Assembly: GCF_006345805.1 (NCBI RefSeq)
Contig: NC_042997.1
Span: forward strand, 10,230,001-10,294,000
DNA from: Octopus sinensis
Taxonomy: Eukaryota
Reading direction: 5' to 3'
Length of the DNA: 64,000 nucleotides
The position numbers and the translations under genes were made by a program. Below, in pieces: positions 13,104 through 26,509 of this stretch (the stretch's first letter is position 1; each line of letters begins with the position of its first letter). The notes below the pieces were generated by a model that saw nothing but the letters and a program-made list of their open reading frames with translations, searched no databases and was not told where the DNA came from.

Positions 13104-13250
13104 TGATCCAGTGATCGAAGTGTAGGAAGAAAGTTAGCTTCAAGCAATCCGTAGTAAATATAAAAAGAAACACAAAGTTCAGCGTTTATTGAGACTGATG
13201 ATTGTGGATTTTTTTCGTATCGAAGAACGATATGCTGAAAAAAAAAGGTT
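13104..13250 (+). mobile_element. 5' fragment of the hAT-like element family seen at 20700-22620
   Basis: GATCGAAGTGTAGGAAGAAAGTTAGCTTCAAGCAATCCGTAGTAAATAT is a near-match to the reverse complement of 22560-22620. Weaker similarity continues into the ORF start. Confidence 0.7.
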
Positions 13251-13305
13251 CTTTTTAGATTCCGCGGTAGGAGACCAGGGCTGCCGCATATGTGAATAAG
13301 AAATA

Positions 13306-13687
13306 CAGGTGTTACGAAATGAAGTAGATAAGATCTAGGCGACATGTATTTCATAGCGGACGGAACCACAGAAGTGGTAAAAATCCAAGCGAGGTGTATA
13401 CTGCCGGGTACACTTCAGGCCAAGTATATCTTGATTAAATTCAAGGTTACGTTGTCATAGGGATGCACATGCTGACGCATGGAGGATCCAATCAGAACGT
13501 GTAGAATTTTCCATGTGTCAACATGTACATCCTTGTGACAATGTGACCTTTAATTCAATCAAGATATCCTTGGACTTAAGAGTGGCCGGCAGTATACACC
13601 TCGCTTGGATTTTTACCATTTCTGAGGTTCCACCCGCTATGAAACATATGTAGCCCGGATCTTACCTCCTCTATTCCGTAACTCCTG
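13306..13687. mobile_element. Palindromic TA-flanked MITE (Tc1/mariner type)
   Basis: TA|CAGGTGTTACG...CGTAACTCCTG|TA. 178-bp arms at 13306-13483 and 13510-13687 with a 26-bp loop. Confidence 0.85.
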
Positions 13688-13693
13688 TATATA

Positions 13694-13811
13694 CGAGAGG
13701 TGTATGGAAAGTTTTGAGCCTTCAAGGCCTTTGAGCATTAAAGTCTTTGTACCTTCATCAGAAGTCTTGTACCATGTTTTTTTAGGCTCCAGACTTTTCA
13801 TATACCCCTCG
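13694..13811. mobile_element. 118-bp mariner-derived MITE
   Basis: 28-bp imperfect TIRs CGAGAGGTGTATGGAAAGTTTTGAGCCT and AGGCTCCAGACTTTTCATATACCCCTCG, with TA on both sides. Confidence 0.85.
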
Positions 13812-13865
13812 TATATATGTGTGTGTGTGTATACATATATATATGTGTATACATATGTATGTATG

Positions 13866-13898
<33 letters not shown>

Positions 13899-13929
13899 AT
13901 ACATATATATATATGCGTGTGTGTGTGTT

Positions 13930-14106
13930 TGTCCTCCACTTCCGCTGGGCACCTGGTGTTGACGCTTATGTCCCCGCAAAATACCAGGCTTAACAAAAAA
14001 AAAATGATAATAATAAGCACTGGAGTCGATTTATTCAGCTAAAACTTCTTGAAGGCAGTGCTCTAGCATGGCCTCAGTCCAATGACTGGACCAAGCAAAA
14101 GAAAGA
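13930..14106 (+). mobile_element. SINE C-type 3' half
   Basis: GGAGTCGATTTATTCAGCTAAAAC...GCAGTGCTCTAGCATGGCCTCAGTCCAATGACTG matches the family C tail. Confidence 0.7.
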
Positions 14107-14224
14107 TATATATCATTTTAACTTGACTACCTAGTGAATAAGTTTCGAGCACACTCACATCTGCACGCTCGCATTGTATGTATCCATTCAACGCTTCGAA
14201 GTTTTGGCAACTTGTTGCTGACAT

Positions 14225-14616
14225 TATTTTTTTAGAAGCACTCCGTCGATTACGACGACGAGGGTTCCGGTTGATCCGAATCAACGGAACAGCCTGCTCA
14301 TGAAATTAACGTGTAAGTCGCTGAGCACTTCACAGACACGTGTACCCTTAACGTAGTTCTCGGGGATATTCAGCGTGACACAGAGAGTGACAAGGCCGGC
14401 CCTTTGAAATACAGGTACAACAGAAACAGGAAGTAAGAGTGAGAGAAAGTTGTGATGAAAGAGTACAGCAGGGATCACCACCATCCCCTGCCGGAGCCTC
14501 GTGGAACTTTAGGTGCTTTCGCTCAATAAACACTCACAACGCCCGGTCTGGGATCGAAACCGCGATCCCATGACCGCGAGTCCGCTGCCCTAACCACTGG
14601 GCCATTGCGCCTCCAC
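14225..14616 (-). mobile_element. tRNA(Arg)-like SINE family B (possibly octopus OR1)
   Basis: Head GTGGAGGCGCAATGGCCCAGTGGTTAGGGCAGCGGACTCGCGG. 13-bp TSD TTGTTGCTGACAT at 14212-14224 and 14617-14629. Near-identical copy at 42523. Confidence 0.92.
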
Positions 14617-15741
14617 TTGTTGCTGACATGCCTTACTGGGGAAAACTAAGAACATCAGTTGCTCCCATTCCTTTTTTGTTTTTTCTTAGTACAATCTTCA
14701 TCATCTTAAATGGATTTTCATCTCATGATAGTTATTATTTCAGTTGATTAAAAGTCAGTTTAGGCTCATTCTCATATATATGATAGTCAACAGTTAATAA
14801 AGAAAAAAAAGCATTTATCTGATTGTGTCTCTGCACCCGTGGGCGTATGTGTCTATGCAAATATATCCGAATCATGGTGTGGCATTACACTGAGTTGGAA
14901 ATATCTCAGACTTTGAGTGACATAATGCCCCGAATTAAGACGTTTATTACTTAGGATTAGAAATTGGACGTCAGAGTCGGTTAGTAAGCTGCTTATGCCT
15001 ACATTACGGAGAACACATAGCTGGAGTTTCAATGAAATATGTTCTAACGAAATATGACTAGTATTGATTCAGAAATTTACTAAATTTTTCCTTCGAATCT
15101 TAAAAGTGTCGCAAAGAACTTTAATTTATTTTAAACATTGTAACACTCAAAAGATTTTTTCATTGGCGAAAAATTGCTTTGGAGTTAGTTTACCTTGTTA
15201 CTAAGGAAACTAGCTATAGGCTAACGAAATATGAGTTACCTATTATTTCTGGATTTCCTTTTATTCATATTTTGTTGTCATTACTTTGAATGATTCTTAT
15301 TTTATCGATCTCGGAAAGGGATAAAAGTTAAATTCTTTATGGCCGTCTTGTGATTGTCAATTTGGTCACTCGATGTGGCAGCTGAATTCCCCTTAAACAT
15401 CTCACAATCATCATAATTAAGAAGGTTATATGAATCAATGTAGTTTCTAATATACGATATAATGATCTAGGGTCTTGGCGCTAATAACTTAAAGCAGCAG
15501 CATATTCCTTTTTTTGCCCAGATGCTGCAAACACTCTTTAGTGTCAGTTATTTCACGATATTTCTATATATATTTCTGACGATATTTCTAACAGAGTTGT
15601 AAATATTCACCAGTTACAAAAACTTGATGATACATATCTCTAGTTATAGTTAATTCTAGAACCACTGACCTGATGAACATCATTAGAATTAAATCCCCAA
15701 ATATATATTTCTCTTCGTCACTATTCAGTCTTGACACTGCT

Positions 15742-16075
15742 GAGACCCCTTCGGTCATGAATGACCATGGGATTGCACCTAGAAAGTTACTCTCCCAAAG
15801 TCCAGGCAAGGTTGTTTTTTTTATTGAAGACCAGCAGTCGCCCGTGCATACCGGCCTCCCCTCTCCACGCTACCATTGATATCCAAGGGAAAAGCAAAGA
15901 CCGATACAGATTGGCACCTGGGACGTCGCAACTCATTTCTACAGCTGAGTGAACTGGAGCAATGAGAAATAAAGTGTCTTGCTCAAGAACACAACACGCA
16001 ACCCGGTCTGGGATTCGAACTCACAACTTCACGATCGTAAGCTCGACGCTCTAACCACTGAGCCATGCGCCTTCA
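15742..16075 (-). mobile_element. SINE family A
   Basis: Homologous over its full length to 76-415. Confidence 0.9.
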
Positions 16076-16329
16076 TCATATGACGCTACTGACAGCCAAA
16101 TTATATATTATTTTGCTTTGAGTCTGGTGATGGGGCTTGCGAGGTGAGAAATTATACAGAGGTACAAGTTGTATTTGTATACAATTTTTCATTCTTCCTG
16201 AAGAAGGATGTTTCTTTATTTTAATTTTGACTCATTGTGGCGTAACTGCTGCATTTTAATTTTATCTACGAACTTTTATGGATTAACTTTTTACTCTCTC
16301 AAATCTTTATCAATTTCTTTGAATTACAG

Positions 16330-16433
16330 ATTTTATCTTCGTTCAAAACAGCAGAAAATGTTGTTGTTGCTAACTACACAGGAATGAGAAGATACAGTAC
16401 GCTCATGATTTATCGGTTTGGGTGTGTTATTGG
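16330..16433 (+). other. Weak candidate exon
   Basis: TTTCTTTGAATTACAG acceptor and G|GTGAGT donor. One open frame, ILSSFKTAENVVVANYTGMRRYSTLMIYRFGCVIG. No homology recognised. Confidence 0.2.
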
Positions 16434-17011
16434 GTGAGTCAATACCAACTATTTTGATTCCTCTTTTTTTAATGTAGCTTACGATGTTTATATGCAGCCT
16501 CCAAAACCGTCTCAAATCTGCCTAAGATAGGACACAACACCAGTGTCATTGTATGAGATTATGAAAACAGATTTGTATGGATTGTATAAACGAAACATTA
16601 AAATGTTTACCATCTTGTAGGTTAAATCAATTTGGCAGAGCTTATCTCTCATTTATCTCTCACTTAAAAGAATTCAAATCAATTCTGCAATCTCACGAAG
16701 CAGCATACTGATTGCTATCTGCAGTTATGTAGATTTAACTATTGAAGAGTGAAATGTCATGGCTTTGCCCCGGACAAGACAGAGACAACTGTTGATCTTC
16801 AACTAACCAACTTGACTGTTAACGTGGTGAACTCTCGTAACGTGGCAAATTTTTTACGCCGCGATAAAAAATTTCTACACTTACCTAGAATATATGGATT
16901 GGCTGAAACGCTAGTGTTCTTTATTTAGGCGCCTTAAACTCTTAAGTTCAAATCCAAAGGAGGCCAACTTTATCTTTCGATTTTCGGTGGTCGATAATAT
17001 ATTAGATATAT

Positions 17012-17426
17012 TAGGCGCAAGAGTGGCTGTGTGGTAAGTAGCTTGCTTACTAACCACATGGTTCCAGGTTCAGTCCCACTGAGTGGCACCTTGGGCGAAT
17101 TGTCTTCTACTATAGCCTCGGGCCGACCAAAGCCTGGTGAATGGATTTGGTAGACGGAAATTGAAAGAAGCCCGTCGTATATATGTATATGTACATATAT
17201 ATATGTTTGTGTGTGTGTCTGTGTCACCCCCCCCCCGCAACATCGCTTAACAACTGATGCTGGTGTGTTTACGTCCCCGTGACTTAGCGGTTCGGCAAAA
17301 AAGACCGATAGAATAAGTACTAGGCTTACAAGGAATAAATCCTGGGGTCGATTTGCTCGACTAAAAGGCGGTATTCCAGCATGGCCGCAGTCAAATGATT
17401 GAAACAAGTAAAAGAGTAAAAGAGTA
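17012..17426 (+). mobile_element. SINE family C, full length
   Basis: Head, internal TA/TG microsatellite and GTAAAAGAGTAAAAGAGTA tail. Confidence 0.92.
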
Positions 17427-18580
17427 TATCTGTGAGAATACCGATGCAAAATTCTACATATTTTTAGTTTTTAGTTATACTTTCTGTTAAACCTCGGATC
17501 AGCTCTGGTTCTGCAGGCGTCGGAACAACGGATTTCCAGACATACCTTCCAGGCTTTTTCGATTGCAGTATCGACTACATAGTCCAATATATCCTACCTT
17601 CTTGTATGATGGTGTTATTTAAGGGAAATTACTGATTGTAGAAAGTCTAAAGACCACACAATGTCTTACTCGCTGAATTAAAATATTTATAGTTGATTCA
17701 ATTGTTCTCCGTTTTAATGATACAGTAAAGACGGAAATCAAAGACTTCTCAGATAAAATTAGACTTCAGAGGGTTGAAAGAGGAAACAAAATACTGTAAG
17801 GCATTTAGTCCGAAATAGACTTTCAGTTTGTCCTTTCTACGAATAATCAATCAAACAGTTTAGAGAATTTTAAACTGCCTAAATCTAATTTATTTGTTTC
17901 TTCTATACTTGTTCCGTTATACTTTCATCAGTTTTCATAGTTTTGTCTTCTGGACAAAATCTATATATATATATGTCATTTTTTTATTTTATGGTTTTTA
18001 TTTATTACTTGTTCAGGATCAATAAAATATATTGTTAGTTCTGTTATTTATTCATGTTGCTGCTGGAATTTCTGATAAGAATTTCATTTGATATTTCATT
18101 GTTTTTCTTCTTCATTCTAAACAACAACCTACAAAGCTTATAAACAAATAATTAACCACGTTTCGTGAAGTTTTGCTAATAAATAATAGCTTATTGAAAT
18201 TCGTTTCATTTTCCTTCGCAATAACAGGGAGGAGGTGATGTGATGATTTTTATTTCCTGTTTGTTTTTGGTGGGGGTTCGTTTGTTTAAATTATTGCTTT
18301 CATACTGTTATTTATGGAGAGATTGCCTATCATTTTTTACATAACGTTTAAACTTCGCTATATTTCTTTATTTCAATATTTATTCATTTATGATTTTATT
18401 TATGGCTCTTTGCAGTGTAAACTTATTGTGAAGCAAAATATTTAGGAAAGCGACAAATATATGACGCGAATTTCGTTATTGAAATTGTACTTTACTTTAT
18501 TAGAAAATAACTGTGTACACACTCACACACACACACAAACTCGACCCACCCCACATATATATGTGCACACTTACACACAC

Positions 18581-18648
<68 letters not shown>

Positions 18649-19311
18649 ATACATATATAAATGTACAAATATACACACACACATATACATGTGTGTGTGT
18701 GTAAATTTATTCTTAATTATTTGATTCTGTCGTTCTATGTAAGCTAGCCATGTACCGGAAGCATGAACTAGCTTATATCACGATCCCTTAAGCACGGAAT
18801 ACGAGATTGTACGTGATCTTGTGTGTGTCAGTGATTAATGTGGGGATTTCATGAGCCAGTTTATATGTATCTCAGATTACTTGCACATGGATATATGCGC
18901 GTTATATAACATGTATATACATACATATTTAGGCGTATACTGCCATGCATGCGATTTACCAGTGTTGATATGGTCGTGTGTAAAATCTGTAAACAACAGG
19001 CAAGTGTATGCATAACAGGGTATGTTCCTATGCAATCATACACGGGTAGATAAAAAGATATGCAAAAGAATACTCAATGTATTCGTCTGTGCATTTTATT
19101 CATTTCTGTATATTATCCTGGGATCTAGTTGTAGAAATGTCTATGTAGTCACATTCGTAAATGAGTCTATTGGCTTATATAAACACAACGCATACATTGT
19201 GCATGTAATTATCCGCGTGTACGCGCACAGTATGCTGTAGACATCATGCGCATGTATGTGTGCGTGTGTGTGCGTGTGTGTGTGTGTGTGTGTGTGGTGT
19301 GTGTGTGTGTG

Positions 19312-19356
<45 letters not shown>

Positions 19357-19727
19357 TGCATGTGTGTGTGCGGGAATGACTAAAGTGTGAAAATTATTTG
19401 TGTTGTTGAAAGTCTAATTATCTCTAATAAATTCTTCATTTCTGTCAAAATGAACACACTTGACCGGTATCAATATCACACCAACGTGACAGCCGTGCCG
19501 AACAATCAGTGTGTTTTATTCGCCATCTTAGCATATTATTTGTATGGATTTTACTCAAAACTCTTCCCAGATGGGATAAGGAGATGCAGCCTCTGGAAAC
19601 TACTGGATACAACTAACTTGCTTTTGCCACCCATATTACATCGCAAATAATCTACTTCCAGAATTATCTAATTTTTCCCGGTACGATCCATACATAAGTG
19701 TAGATAGATACACACACATACACACAC

Positions 19728-19797
<70 letters not shown>

Positions 19798-20206
19798 CAT
19801 CTGTATGTGCGTGCGTGTGTGTGTGTGTGTGTGTGGTGTGTGTGTGTGTGTGTAGTGTTAAGTGTGATGTACAGAAATTGAATAGTGAGAAAAAAGTGGT
19901 CAGAATTTTGGAAAATATTCTTTTTATTTCTTCATTATTTACTAGTGCTTCCGTTTGTTTCTCAAACTTATCAATATTTTGTGAATGTACAAACAGTTTG
20001 TTCATTTATATAAAACAGATGTTTGGTTGGATGTTGTTTACAAGAAGGGAACAGAGGGAATTGTTTCGCCAATATAATTTTCTTTGCAATTTCGGCAGGT
20101 AATGCAGTTTATGAGGTTTCGAGATGTGCAGTAAAAAATTATATATGCAAAAGAAAAAATTATATAAGCCAAAAATGCAGTCAAACTTCCTCATTTTGAC
20201 CCGACC

Positions 20207-20279
<73 letters not shown>

Positions 20280-20396
20280 TATCTCTCTCTGTCTATCTAT
20301 CTATCTAAGAAAATATACAGGGTAGGGAAATTATTGAAATTTTTCTACCAGTGGCTAGCATGTATAAAATAGTCAATAGGCAACATATTTTTCATA

Positions 20397-20511
20397 TAAA
20401 ATTAGTGTACATTTAAACACAATCGAAGTGACTCTAACAGGATACCTTGCATATGCTAGAAAGTGTCCTGTTAGGGTCACCTCTTTTGTGTTTAAATGTA
20501 CACTAAATTTA
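20397..20511. repeat. ~115-bp near-perfect palindrome/hairpin
   Basis: TAGTGTACATTTAAACACAA pairs with TTGTGTTTAAATGTACACTA. GTGACTCTAACAGGATAC pairs with GTGTCCTGTTAGGGTCAC. Confidence 0.9.
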
Positions 20512-20699
20512 TGTATGTATGTATGTATGTATTAGAAAACAATGAAAATCGATGTTTTTTGCATTTGATCAAAAACGCTCACCCATTACTAACTTCGAAA
20601 TTTTTATACTCGTTTGCATTAAGGTGGAATTATTGAATAATAAATAAAAAAGGCGAAAAGATCCAAAACTGTTAAAAGAACAATAGTCTGCATTCCAGA

Positions 20700-22620
20700 A
20701 CAATTAGAAGAATGTAAGTCATATAAAGTCAAGTTAGTGAATAGTCAAATAGAAGCAAATCATCAGAGAGAAGGAAATGCAATGGCAGGTTGACTTTGTT
20801 CTTGCATGTGGTGCATAGTTCTTGCATGAACTTAAATGCTCGCTCACAGCATTGATTGCTTCTGCTTATGTTTAGTTCTGATGGCTGTTGTTCCCAGTGA
20901 TTTGTCAAGCACTTCAAAGCAGTCTTGTAGTGTAGCAAGGCTTGTGATAGCTCTGCATAATATTCAGCTCTATATGTTTGGTCACTGAACCAGTAGTCAG
21001 CTCAGTAATATGAGATGAACTGCCTAACCATCTCCTATCTTTCTCTCACATATGGCATGAGGAAAATGCATGAAGGGCTAAGTTTGCTTGCGAATTCCAC
21101 CTGGCATTACCGATGTTCGGAATTTTCTGAAACTTGATGAAAGGTAAGTCTACGTTTTCATGGAAGAACCCGAAGGCACGGATTGAGTGGAACAGAAACT
21201 TCATATCATCTCTCCAGCTAGCTTGATCTTTAATGATATGATTTCCATTCTGGAAGGAGCCTTCGAATTCTTCATAATTTGTCATGACTTCGACAAAAAA
21301 ATATTTGATGTTGCGTGAATTGCTTGCGCCTACTGGCTCCTCACCCATAACAACGTGCAGAATTCTGTTCAAGACATGGTGTTGGCAGCTCATGAATTGT
21401 GACTTGTCATAGCCTTGGCTCAAAAACAGTGTCTGCGGTCTAACTACTACCCAACTCTTTTGTTCTGCATTCACACTCGTTATAACAACAATCATTGAGA
21501 TTGCGCCCCACAAGTGAAATTCGCCCATGACACTTTTCAATCCTTCTACAATGGTCTCAGCCTTTCCATCACACAGCTTCAGAGCAGCCAGCTTGATTTC
21601 ACTTGTTTCATTCCTCATGACAACCGCTTGATATTCATTTCCGTCAATATGTTTACCATGGAAATGCAGATTCCGTTTCTGATTGCGTAGCGTATCGATC
21701 AATTGTTTCTTGAAAAGTGCCTCGTAAATGCCTTGTTGACCAGGAGCTGAAATATCAGTGCCCTCTTCTGACAGCTGTTTTCAGATTTTGCAGCTTTGTT
21801 GGTAGAGTCATTTGTTTCAGTTACAAGTCTCGTACCAATTGCTGATTTGTTGGAAAAATAAGTGCAATCACTATCACTACAATTGTGATAAAATCTGTCA
21901 TCTTAACCAAAATTGTACTCTTTAATCTCTTCTTCAGAGTCACTGTCAGTTTCTAGGGCTGTTGGGCTTGGTAAAAAAAAGAGAGACTTCAGCATCAGAA
22001 CATGTTCTACTCTTGGAAGGATGGATAATGTGCTTGTTTGCAGTTTTGCCTATCGAATAGCCCACTTTGCCCTTGCTTAGGAGTTGGATGGAGTACAGCT
22101 TTTTGTCATCAGCACTGAGCCATTGACAGTGGACTTTGGTGATATCGAATAGTTCTTTTAATGGCTCGAATTTTCCTTAGTACATTTGTCATACAAATGA
22201 AGCACATTTTTGAGCTTGGACTGTATTGCTTGCTCGGAAATGATTGGAAAATACAGTTTATCACTCCACGTGTCACTTCTCTTGATAACTCCGTCACTCT
22301 CTCTTTTCTGCCTTTGATTGATTTCTCATAAAACTGATACCATGCAGCAATCTGCTCCTTGAGTGGCTTCTTCTACAGGCACATGACTTCTAGATGAATG
22401 GGATTGGAACTGCACCACATTTCTCCTCCATTTCTCCTTGTTCTTCTGAACAAATTCGAAGCCTTTCTTGAATGATATACCGCTAGCAGAATATCGTATT
22501 TCAATCAAAAATTCCACAGCCTTCCGCTTCAATAAACTAATATTGTTTCTGAAAGTTGTTTTTCATATTTACTACAGATTGCTTGAAGCTAACTTTGTTC
22601 CTACACCTCGATCCTTGGAT
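20700..22620 (-). pseudogene. hAT-related (hATm-like) DDE transposase pseudogene
   Basis: ORF 21046-21702 contains LHFHGK (D to H), CQHH (CxxH), and NARWNS (RW motif). The downstream fragment SNQCCERAFKFMQE supplies the catalytic E. Upstream fragments lie at 22109-22532. Frameshifts and stops are present and the termini are not resolved. Confidence 0.75.
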
Positions 22621-22893
22621 TTTATACACACACACATATATGATCCCCCACCCTCGCCACACACATGTGCACGCATATATATTTCCTGAATGGACTGTTC
22701 AAAATAGAGCTCACATACAAACAAGGTATGCAAGTGAAAATTTCTGAAAGAAAGGACAAATATTCTTAGAATCAAATCCATACAAGGACCAACACGTAAT
22801 TCATGTTTCTGTTTCTATTCAAATAACGGTCATGACTTCCTAGAGGTTATTATCTACGCCTTCAGAGCATGCGCAGAGAAAAATTGTAGTCGG

Positions 22894-22935
<42 letters not shown>

Positions 22936-24944
22936 AACAGTATGTATATATATATGTGTGTGGGCGTGTGTGTGTATCTCTCTCTCTCTCACTCTCTCTC
23001 TCGCTATATATATATATAAATTTAGATGTATGTATGATGTATGTATGTGTGTATGTATGAAGGTATGTGTGCATATGCTCACACGCATCCACACTTATAC
23101 GACACACATTTGAGCGCTGTTATAGAGTTAAAAGTTTTTATTCTTGTTTCTAATATGTGAGTCATTTGTCTTGTCACGTTATGCTTAACTATGAATGTAT
23201 GAATTGTCTATACACACTCACTCACACACATTCCCACACATACTCTTACTGTCATGTACTCAAAGTTTTAAGAATAAATAATAAAGTGGTCGGTAGATAA
23301 AGAGAGACCAAAGTAGGAAAATGTGAGTGGAAGATAGGGAGAGGGAAAATGGCAGATAGAGAGAGAGAAAGAGAGAGCGAGGAGCATAGGAAGAGGAGAG
23401 AGAGCAAACAGGAAATGACTGGAGAATCGGAAACTTGTTGAAAGGAAACACAGCTGCACAATGTAAAGATTTATGAAGGGGGAGATACATAATGGAAAGG
23501 TAGAAACGTTGTGGTGATTTTGAGGTGATTTTTCTCTTGTGTATCTAAGAGTTGAATATTTTCGTCTTAGCGTTAAGGTACTGACTTGATTTGCGCACTT
23601 TCATACGGATTATGATCTTTCCTACTATGCAAAGATTGCATCTCTTAGTAGCATTTATTAATGGTTAGGAGTTTTTGACGATCAACGAGCTGATGGTTAC
23701 TTCACCATTTTTTCAAATGTCAGATGCATCATGCACATTTTGTCATATTCCCTTTTTCGATATTTTGCATTAAGATAATGTGGCTGAGTATATCTGTTTG
23801 AATGTTCTAGAAACCATCGAGCAGCGATTACTCAAATATATCGCTTTGGGCTGACTTTCTCATACTCATCAGTAGATTTTTACCTCTGCTTCACAAACAA
23901 TAGCCTGTGCTACTTGTTTCAGTCAATGGGCATGTTGCAGGGTCTCAGAAGTAGGTTTATGTTTGCTGTAGATATTTTATTACATGTTAGGACTGTAATA
24001 GAAGGTGATCTTAATCATACGTTTATTAAAAAATTAGCTGCTTTTTGTTTTCTTCTGTGTAGAAACGTCTGTCAATTAAATTTAGGGAGTTCTTAAATAT
24101 CTAATAAGGCTTGATGTTGAGTGAAAAGAGGAGTGCAAAACAAATATCCTACCTTTCCTCGTTCTGGCTACTTTCGTAGGTCATTTTCTTTAAGTGCACT
24201 GTCTTTAAAGGCATCATTCTTCTTGAGGGTTGCCTTACATAAGTTCTCGTTACTAATCGACTTGTTGAAGATTCTTCTGCTTACGCCTATCGTGAGATTC
24301 TTGAATACTAGTAAAAGTATATGCACCGGCAGACAAACAATATGCGTTTGGAAAGTTCAAGAATAGGGAGGTGAGCCATACTCTTTCGTGCAAAGGTAAG
24401 TGGCATAATATAGGGAAATGGAAGAAGTTGAGTTTCAGCTACTCATTTCCTTGTCTTAAATAATTCTAGTGTTTCTGTAAATATATGTCTCAGTGGTGAC
24501 ATTTTACAAAAGATTCGGACTTTTGAATTAAAGTAATTATTGAACCTAAGAATTTTAAGTATACCGCGCTTACACTTAGAAAATATATTTTATGCATAAA
24601 GTCCTATATTTCTGTTGTGCATAACTTACGTCTTTTATTCCTTGCACTACTTCTCTCTAGTATTTTCCACGAAATGTTAAATGCAGTAATACTTTCTTTC
24701 AAATGCCAGATGTAATCTGGAAATTATGTAAAATTTTCTTTCACTCAAAACTGAAAAAAGAGGTGTGTTTAAACTACAATTTTCCATAGATTAAGCATAC
24801 CGTTATATCAATGTAGCGTTTCTCTGCTTTGTCAAGGTTTGACATATAGGAAATAACTCTAAATTCATATATAATCGCTTAAGCTTACCATTAGTGATTT
24901 GGAGGATTCTTGTATTATGTATCCGTACAATTGCTTGCAGTTAT

Positions 24945-25019
24945 TTTAGAAAATACTATAAGGAATTAAATTCTTCATATTATTTAGAAAATACTATAAG
25001 GAATTAAATTCTTCATATT
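24945..25019. repeat. 38-bp tandem duplication
   Basis: TTTAGAAAATACTATAAGGAATTAAATTCTTCATATT occurs twice with period 38. Confidence 0.95.
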
Positions 25020-25589
25020 GGTATCTCACCAACAATTTTGAATACCTATAGTAAATTGGTAAATCAATATCAATAGCATGACAAATATCTTACATTTTCA
25101 GTCTTAAAGTTTAACGAAAATGTCGTAAAACTGATTCTGCATCGACATCTCCTTCGAGTGTGGGAGTACATGAGTGTAAGCTCTGAGTACTCTTATCTTT
25201 CAGTTGACTAGGGTTCAAATATTAGAGGTTCTACGCAGGTAATCAACATACACACATATATATAAACACACATGCACACATATACACACACATGCACACA
25301 CATACATGTATACTATTCTTTTATTTCAGCAAAAATTTGTAATATGGAGACTAATAGAACATGTATCTTACTAATTCTCCCTCTTTTAATTCTTCGTATT
25401 CTTCTTCAGTTCCTAGTATCCTTTCAATTCTCCATTTTTATTTTCACTGCCCCTGCTTTATATTATTACTCTTTCGTGTCTCTTCGAAATAAATATACCA
25501 CTTTCTATTTCTTAGCTACTTCCATATGTACTTCTTTTGTTTCACACGTTTCTTAGTTTAACACCATTACTTCTACTCATATATAAATA

Positions 25590-25880
25590 CCTTGACAAGC
25601 GCCATATGTTCAATAATATAAATGTCTTTCAAGAGGTTACACATCTTGTATACAGAGCACAAAATGAGCAGCTTTGTCAGGCAGCAAGCCAAAAACTACA
25701 CTGGCAGAGCGGGACCACTCTTTGCGCAGGTGGAAAACGAAACTTTCATGTATCCTACCACAACTTCCCTCAACTCCCTGCCCAAATCCATTCTTCAGGC
25801 CACAGTTGGGGGAGGGCAAAACAGAGGCAAGCAGAGAAAATTAGGATTTGACAGCATCAGGGACTGGACGGACAAGTGGC
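25590..25880 (+). mobile_element. RTE-clade LINE C-terminal fragment
   Basis: KRLHILYTEHKMSSFVRQQ...LPKSILQATVGGGQNRGKQRKLGFDSIRDWTD matches the RTE pattern KTILQGTVEGGRRRGRQRK.W.DNIKEWT. Confidence 0.85.
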
Positions 25881-26370
25881 GACGATTGATTACAAAAAGA
25901 AAGAAGCCAGTGATTTTACTACAGTTGTCAAGAACCCAAATGTCAGTTAAATACATTTTGAAATCTGATGATTACTACGAACGTATGAAAGCGCTTATTG
26001 AACTTTGTGAACATTACAAAATATTTTTAATGTTTAACACATTTCAACATTGTAAAATAATTCTTTTTTTTAATACCATAATAAAAAAAACGTGAAAACC
26101 AGACCAACTTTATTCAACTGATATATTATTCTATACACAGTTACACAAATTCAGATAAAATGTATACACACATACGCATACACACGCACACGCACACCCA
26201 CACCTACATACATACACACACACACACGAGTTAAACGTTTTTGATCGAAAATATATAAGCTAAACGAAACAATAGAAAACTCAACAATTGTTCTGTATGA
26301 TTTTCTGTTATTGTTTGCGTGGTTTTGTAACATAAAAAACCATAAATATTTATATTTATATATACGTATG

Positions 26371-26408
<38 letters not shown>

Positions 26409-26509
26409 GGCACACACACTTGGATATTTACCCTCCGGCTGCACCTCTCCTACATACGGATCACAGTGGACTTTACTCTTGATGAGAAATACTTGCAATA
26501 CACCACGAC

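Noticed and set aside
16352-16366. 15-bp match CAGCAGAAAATGTTG with about 40264
   Set aside because: A few such matches are expected by chance in 64 kb.
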